A stretch of 64,000 nucleotides of DNA. Source: Terriglobia bacterium. Lineage in GTDB: Bacteria; Acidobacteriota; Terriglobia; Acidiferrales; UBA7541. A program made the position numbers and the translations under genes. The notes under the pieces are model-generated. The model had not been told where the DNA came from and did no database searches. It saw only the letters and a program-made list of their open reading frames with translations. Position 1 is the first letter of the stretch, and each line of letters starts with the position of its first letter. The stretch is taken from positions 1,088,001-1,152,000 of the forward strand of contig OY968796.1 in NCBI GenBank assembly GCA_963695545.1, written 5' to 3'. Shown here piece by piece: positions 58,455 through 64,000 of this stretch.

Positions 58455-59234
58455 CTAATCTTCACGGCGCTCCGCGCTTTGCGATCCAGCGCCCGGAGCG
58501 GAAGCGGCCGCAGCGGCTCCGGCCGAGTCGGCAAGCCAGAGAATGCGCGTGCAAGTCTCGCAATGGAAAATGTCGTCTGATCCCGCGCGACCCAGATCCT
58601 GCACCACGTGCGGAAGAATGCGCACGCCGCACTGCCCGCAACTTTCGTGGCGCACTTCGGCGAGGCCAATTCCGTGGCGGCGAATTGCGATTTTCTGGTA
58701 GTCCTCGAGTAAATCCTCGGGGACGCCTTGCGCGGCTTCATCGTAGCGCGCTTGCGCCGCGGCGAGTTCGCGTTCGACGGCGGCTTTTTCGGCTTCGATC
58801 GCGCGCCGCTCGGCAGCAGTGGCGGCTTCGGCTTCGGCCAGTGCGCGGACGGCCGCGGGAACGCGGCGCTCGAATTCTTCGCCGGCCATCATGCGCTCGA
58901 GCAAGCGGTCTTCGGCGCGAGCCATTTCGGCTTCGGCGTTCTGGATTTCGTGCTGGAGGGCTTTGAATGCTTCGTTGGTCTTAACCTGGAAACTTTGATC
59001 GCGATACTTTCGCGCGCTTTCTTTCCACTGCTCGACGTCCAGCTCGAATTTCTTGCGGTCTTTTTGGCTCCCGAGCAGGGTTTCCTTGGCCGTGGCTAGA
59101 TCATGGCGCGCGCTCTCCAGACGCGCATCCACCTCGGCGAATCGGCGAGGAAATTCCGCCAGCCGCGCGCGCAGTTGGTTCAGGCTCAGGTCGACGGCCT
59201 GCAACTCGGAAAGATGCTTCAGGGCCGGATTCAT
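58455..59234 (-). CDS. Coiled-coil protein with C4 zinc ribbon (DUF164 / CT398-HP0958 type)
   Basis: LSELQAVD, long coiled coil, CGQC...CETCTRILW. Confidence 0.9.
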   Translation of the reverse strand: MNPALKHLSELQAVDLSLNQLRARLAEFPRRFAEVDARLESARHDLATAKETLLGSQKDRKKFELDVEQWKESARKYRDQSFQVKTNEAFKALQHEIQNAEAEMARAEDRLLERMMAGEEFERRVPAAVRALAEAEAATAAERRAIEAEKAAVERELAAAQARYDEAAQGVPEDLLEDYQKIAIRRHGIGLAEVRHESCGQCGVRILPHVVQDLGRAGSDDIFHCETCTRILWLADSAGAAAAASAPGAGSQSAERRED

Positions 59235-59313
59235 CCGACGGGTATCTTAACACACGCCTTCGTCCGTACTTCTTAGCGCGGCGGATGGCCTAACTTGGAG
59301 CCTTTGCGGATCC

Positions 59314-59727
59314 CTAATCGCCGGTGTGAACTTCCATGGTCTGGTCGACCCACATCGAGGGATAGTGCAGAGGAATCGCCGCAGGCTGTCCCATCGGAGG
59401 CGGAGGAGGTGGCGGAGCCGTGTAAGTCGCGGTCACCGTAAATCCGGCCCCGGAAGTTGCGACCGAATAGGTATAGCCGTCGCGGCCGGAGCGCTGCATG
59501 GTGAGTGCGCCGGTTGAAGTGAGCTCGTCGAGAGAAGCGTAGCTGCCATTCTGCGCGTCGTAGGTGCGCTCGGCCTGCGCGATCGCCAACAGGTCCATCT
59601 GCACGCCTGTGAGCGAAATGTTCTGCACCACGGTAGTGCCCGGCGCCGGCGCCGCGGATTTGAGGTAGTAATAATAGATGCCCAGGGCGATCACGGCGAC
59701 GACGAGAGTTGAGATCATTGAGCGCAT
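59314..59727 (-). CDS. Pilin-like membrane-anchored hypothetical protein
   Basis: N-terminal TM; LLAIAQAERTY...YASLDEL...GYTYSV...FTVTA resembles a pilin globular domain. Confidence 0.6.
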   Translation of the reverse strand: MRSMISTLVVAVIALGIYYYYLKSAAPAPGTTVVQNISLTGVQMDLLAIAQAERTYDAQNGSYASLDELTSTGALTMQRSGRDGYTYSVATSGAGFTVTATYTAPPPPPPPMGQPAAIPLHYPSMWVDQTMEVHTGD

Positions 59728-60000
59728 GGCACCTTTAATTATAAGACTGTCGGAGCCAGACGCTGGTGCATCGAGCATGGCGTGTGCTCATCTTGTCGAC
59801 AGGGAGGGCCAACGCGGGAGGAGGCCGGCTGAGCGAAGCGAGGCAGCTCAGCGTACGATGGCTCATCGTTCCTAAACTAGATTCCGATATGATCGGAGTG
59901 GCCGATACGGGACAGCATTTCTTTGGGGGCGTTGACACTTGACATCAAGTCCGGTAACAAAGCGTAGGGGTTATCTCAAAAAATCCTGGGAGAAGACGTT

Positions 60001-60813
60001 ATGAACACGCGTTCGCCCTTGGGGGCGGTGGTGGTCGCAGTGTTGACATTGGCGATGGCGTTTCCGCCGTCGGGAGTGGCGCAGGCGCCGGCGGCTGATC
60101 ACGCCGGACAAATTGCGCGCGTGATTCCGTCGGTGGACATCGCGCGCGGCTCGCAGCAAATGACAGCGGAAGTGAAGACTCCGGTGGACTGGGGCGACGT
60201 GGTGAAGACGGAGCCGGACGGGCGCGCGCGCGTCGGTCTGGACGACGGTTCGGTGTTGAACGTGGGCGCGGATTCGACGATGGAGATCACCCAGCACAAT
60301 TCCGCGCAGCAGCAGACACAGATCGATCTGACTTACGGACGAGTGCGCGCGCAGGTAGTGAAATTCACGCGGCCCAATGCGAAGTTCGAGGTGCACACGG
60401 CGGTCGGAGTCGCGGGCGTCGTCGGCGGCGATGTGTACGTATTCTTTGAAAACGACATGATGAGCGTGATCGACTTCGAGGGGCTGGTTCACTTCTGCAA
60501 CACTACGGGCGCGTGCGTGGACCTGGTGGCCGGGCAGTTTTCGATGATCCGCCTCGACCATAATCCGGATGCAGCGTCGCAAGCTTCGCCCGATGAATTA
60601 GCCGAAGCTATTGCCGGTACATCGGTCGACTATGTGGGCGGAAACGGGCCGCCGCCACCGCTGCATCATATAGGTTTCGGCGAAGCGTTCGGCTTGACGA
60701 TGCTTGTGGTGATTCCGCTGGTGGTGGTATCCATCGCGCTGCACGGCAAAGCTGCGCCCGGGCCGACTAACGGGCCAACGTGCGTGCCGGTCTACCCGTT
60801 AACAGCCTGCTGA
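60001..60813 (+). CDS. FecR-domain protein
   Basis: WGDVVKTEPDGRARVGLDDGSVLNVG...FEVHTAVGVAGVVG; C-terminal TM. Confidence 0.85.
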   Translation: MNTRSPLGAVVVAVLTLAMAFPPSGVAQAPAADHAGQIARVIPSVDIARGSQQMTAEVKTPVDWGDVVKTEPDGRARVGLDDGSVLNVGADSTMEITQHNSAQQQTQIDLTYGRVRAQVVKFTRPNAKFEVHTAVGVAGVVGGDVYVFFENDMMSVIDFEGLVHFCNTTGACVDLVAGQFSMIRLDHNPDAASQASPDELAEAIAGTSVDYVGGNGPPPPLHHIGFGEAFGLTMLVVIPLVVVSIALHGKAAPGPTNGPTCVPVYPLTAC

Positions 60814-61022
60814 GAATTGCGCGGCTGGCCGGCAGATTGCCGCTAGGGCGCGCGACGCCAGCGACTTCCGGCGGACACGCGTAGATTTGCCGGGGATTTC
60901 GCCGCAAGGAACGGTAAGGTCCGCCCGGGCTGCTTTTTCGGGGGCGGCAGCATCCAAATGTGTTGCGGTGCGTCTATTGTGTCTGTGGGGCCGAACCGCC
61001 GGCTGACGACGAAAATATATCC

Positions 61023-62441
61023 GTGAAAAATCGATCTCTCGCTCTTCCTCTTATTGTTGTCGCGTTTTTGTTTCTTGCGTCGTCGGGCGCGCCGGCCGCT
61101 CGCGGCCAGACGCCCGCGCCTTCCCCCACGCCGGCGACCTCCGCCATGGCAGAGCCTGCGGCGCGGCCCGCGCAACTGCAGATCGTGACGCGCACGCTCG
61201 ACAACGGATTGCGCCTGGTGATGGTCGAGAATCACAACGCGCCGGTGATCAGCTTGCAGATGTGGTATCACGTGGGTTCAAAGGATGAACGGCCGGGACA
61301 CACGGGATTCGCGCATTTGTTCGAGCACCTGATGTTTCAAGGCTCCACGCACGTGGAGCCCGAGCAACACACGCGGGTGATCGAAGCGCTGGGGGGCGAA
61401 TCGGACGCGTTCACACAGGACGACGTTACGGTGTTTTACGAAACGTTTCCGAGCAACGCGCTCGCGCGCGTGATGTGGCTTGAAGCGGATCGCATGGGCG
61501 GATTGAAGATCACGGAGGAACATTTCGAGTCCGAGCGCCAAGTGGTGGAAGAAGAGCGGCGTCTGCGCGTGGACAACCGGCCCTACGGCCGAGTGATCGA
61601 AGATCTTTACGCCGCGGCGTTCACCGTACATCCTTACAAACACACAACGATCGGCAGCATGGCGGATCTGGACAAGGCCACGCTGCCGGACGTTCAAGAG
61701 TTCTTCAACACCTACTATCGTCCTGACAACTGCACGATGATTCTGGTGGGCGATTTTTCCGCGGACAACGCGGTGGCCATGGCCGAGAAATATTTCGGCG
61801 GCATTCCAAAGCCGTCGACGCCGATTCCGCGCGTGACCGTGGTCGAGCCGCCGCAGACGGCGGAGCGGCGCCTCGAGAAAACCTATCCGAATTCGCCGCT
61901 TCCTGCGTTCGTCTACGGCTACAAGATGCCGGCGGAATATTCGCCCGATTCGTACGCGCTCGATCTGGTTTCCAATCTTTTGGCGAGCGGTGAGAGCAGT
62001 TGGCTCTATCGCAAACTCGTATATGAGGATCGCATCGCCGTGGAAGTGGACGGCGGCGGAAATTTCACCGAGGACCCGAACCTGTTTTTCGTGGTCGCGG
62101 TGATGAATCAGGGGCACACGAACGCCGAGGGAGAAAAAGAGACGCAAGCCGTGCTCGAGCAGATCAAGGCGGCGCCACTCGATACGCATGACCTGGAAAA
62201 AGCCAAGAACCAGCAGACCGCGGCATTCATACTTGGCCGCGAAAGCGACGAGGAAGTGGCCTCGGCGCTAGGTCCTTACGCCGTGATCGGGCGCGATCCT
62301 GGTTTGTATAACACCGATCTCGAGCGGTATTTGAGCGTGACCCCGGAAGATATCGAGCGCGTGGCGAAAGAATATTTCGTGCCGGAACGCGCGACGCTCT
62401 TGGAAGTGGAAGTGCCGAGCGCGCCGCAAACTGGGAACTGA
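61023..62441 (+). CDS. M16 (pitrilysin) family zinc peptidase, catalytic subunit
   Basis: TLDNGL, HVGSKDE, inverted zinc motif HLFEH and WLEADRM. Confidence 0.93.
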   Translation: MKNRSLALPLIVVAFLFLASSGAPAARGQTPAPSPTPATSAMAEPAARPAQLQIVTRTLDNGLRLVMVENHNAPVISLQMWYHVGSKDERPGHTGFAHLFEHLMFQGSTHVEPEQHTRVIEALGGESDAFTQDDVTVFYETFPSNALARVMWLEADRMGGLKITEEHFESERQVVEEERRLRVDNRPYGRVIEDLYAAAFTVHPYKHTTIGSMADLDKATLPDVQEFFNTYYRPDNCTMILVGDFSADNAVAMAEKYFGGIPKPSTPIPRVTVVEPPQTAERRLEKTYPNSPLPAFVYGYKMPAEYSPDSYALDLVSNLLASGESSWLYRKLVYEDRIAVEVDGGGNFTEDPNLFFVVAVMNQGHTNAEGEKETQAVLEQIKAAPLDTHDLEKAKNQQTAAFILGRESDEEVASALGPYAVIGRDPGLYNTDLERYLSVTPEDIERVAKEYFVPERATLLEVEVPSAPQTGN

Positions 62442-62454
62442 GGAGATTCTGGGA

Positions 62455-64000
62455 TTGAGATTGATTTTGTATCGCAGACTCGGCGTGTGTATGGCGCTTG
62501 CGGGCGTGATCGCGTTGGGCGCTGTGCGAATCGCGGCACAACAAAGCACCGCGGGACAACAGAGCGCCGCAGGACAGGCGCCCGCCGCGCCCGCGCCAAC
62601 AGCGCAATTGGTGCCGGATATGCCGCCACTCGCGCCGCCGCACGCGTTTGTATTTCCCAAGGTCGCCACAAAAACATTTGAGAACGGCTTGCGCGTGTTC
62701 GTGGCTTCGGATCCAGATCCCGATCATGCGCAACCCTCGGTGAGCATCGAATTGCTGTTGCCCGACGCGGGCACGGCCTCCGATCCCACCGGCAAGCCTG
62801 GAGTTGCGGATATGACGGCCAGCTTGCTGACGGAAGGTACGGAGAAGCGCTCTGCGCAGGACATCGCCAGCGCCATCGATTTCGTGGGTGGGACGCTCGA
62901 AGCCGACGCTTCCGAAGACTGCACGACGGTGGAAGCGAGCGTGGTGAAGAAAGATTTCGACGAGGCGATGGACTTGTTGTCAGACGTAACGCTGCACGCG
63001 AGCTTCGCCGCGCCCGAACTCGAGCGGCGCAGGGAGCAGGCGCTCTCCGATCTCTCGATGTCTTATGACGACACCGAATATCTGGCCTCGACGACGTTTC
63101 GCCGCGTGGTATTCGGCGGAAATCCCTATGGAATGCCGGGCGAGGGCACGCCGGCGACTGTGCGCGGACTTACGCGCGACGATATTGTGGCATTCCGCGA
63201 CAAACACTACTTTCCGAAGGGCGCGCTTCTGGCGTTTGCGGGCGACATAACGCCGGAAGAAGCGTTCGCGGCGACGGAAAAATATCTAGGATCGTGGACG
63301 AACCCGACCGCGGCCGCAGCGGCTCCTGCGGCGACGTCCGCTGATTCGGGAAGCGGCGCGGCTCGCCCGAAGGGTTTGCGGGTTTTTCTGGTGGACAAGC
63401 CCGACGCGGTGCAGACACAGATTCGCATTGGGCGGCCCGGAATCGCGCGCGGCAATCCGGACTATCTTGCGTTGCAGGTAACCAATCAAATTTTTGGAGG
63501 CTCTTACAACGCGCGGCTGAACACGGCGGTGCGCCTGAAAAAGGGACTGACGTACGACGCTTCCTCGGCCTTCCCGAGCTACCGGACGGCCGGGGATTTT
63601 CAAGTGACCACGTTTACGCGGACCGACGAAACTGTTCCGGCGACACAGTTGGTGTTGGACGAACTGCGCAAAATGTCGTCGGGCGAGGTGACGCCGGACG
63701 AACTGGGCGTGGCCCGGGATTTTCTGGCCGGCGTTTTCCCGCTGCATGCGGAAACACCTTCGGACGTGGCCGACCGCGTACTGGGCGCGGCGTTCTACGG
63801 ATTGCCGGCGGATTATCTGGACACGTATCAGGAGCGCATTCGCGCGGTGACGGCCGACGATGTGAAAAGGATGGCGCAAAAATATCTCGACCCGCAGGAC
63901 CTGGATGTGGTTTTTGTAGGCAACGTAGCGGGGTTCCGCGACGCCATCGCGAAGATGTTGCCAGGCGCGAGCATCGTCGAGATTCCGGCCGAAGACGTGG
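62455..64000 (+). CDS. M16 family peptidase partner subunit lacking HxxEH, 3'-truncated
   Basis: Frame 1 read by hand: GAGGAG SD, TTG start, FPKVATKTFENGLRVF, GVADMTASLLTEGT and IFGGSYNARLN; open to the window end (absent from the ORF track). Confidence 0.88.
   Translation, partial: MRLILYRRLGVCMALAGVIALGAVRIAAQQSTAGQQSAAGQAPAAPAPTAQLVPDMPPLAPPHAFVFPKVATKTFENGLRVFVASDPDPDHAQPSVSIELLLPDAGTASDPTGKPGVADMTASLLTEGTEKRSAQDIASAIDFVGGTLEADASEDCTTVEASVVKKDFDEAMDLLSDVTLHASFAAPELERRREQALSDLSMSYDDTEYLASTTFRRVVFGGNPYGMPGEGTPATVRGLTRDDIVAFRDKHYFPKGALLAFAGDITPEEAFAATEKYLGSWTNPTAAAAAPAATSADSGSGAARPKGLRVFLVDKPDAVQTQIRIGRPGIARGNPDYLALQVTNQIFGGSYNARLNTAVRLKKGLTYDASSAFPSYRTAGDFQVTTFTRTDETVPATQLVLDELRKMSSGEVTPDELGVARDFLAGVFPLHAETPSDVADRVLGAAFYGLPADYLDTYQERIRAVTADDVKRMAQKYLDPQDLDVVFVGNVAGFRDAIAKMLPGASIVEIPAEDV

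Noticed and set aside
57663..60000. RNase P RNA or tRNA near the zinc-ribbon and RNase H genes
   Set aside because: Intergenic gaps are too short or lack the conserved motifs; no tRNA or rRNA was recognised anywhere in the window.

Overview
GC-rich bacterial chromosome segment. Gene content and order (TamB-SurA-BamA, FecR/DUF6600, PEP-CTERM, mqnA-mqnC, split methylmalonyl-CoA mutase) suggest Acidobacteriota; this is an inference. Most of the window is housekeeping: divergent pyr clusters, yebC-ruvC, dprA-topA-xerC, tatA, maf, pcm, futalosine genes, an M16 peptidase pair and an arsR-arsM-arsC-aquaporin operon. The most striking unexplained structure is a family of three ~330-340 bp dispersed, probably non-coding elements (8396-8734 -, 34430-34757 -, 55204-55535 +). 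They share one layout: TTCGAATA box, TTGAC(A/G)-17/18 nt-extended -10 promoter, RTG 5 nt later, a ~260-nt body with repeated ~23-bp motifs, and an ACC(C)GGGGG end. Each lies 80-100 bp past the stop codon of an accessory gene that points into it. One cargo is a PD-(D/E)XK nuclease plus Nmad2-like pair, a candidate modification-dependent defence module. Also seen: a six-unit 59-bp REP-like tandem array, apparent non-canonical starts (ACG for pyrF, CTG for the MEMO1-family gene), many leaderless-type promoters, and four single-base frameshifts clustered at 33.4-35.3 kb. No tRNA, rRNA or CRISPR array was recognised. All calls are by-eye recognition; no database searches were run.
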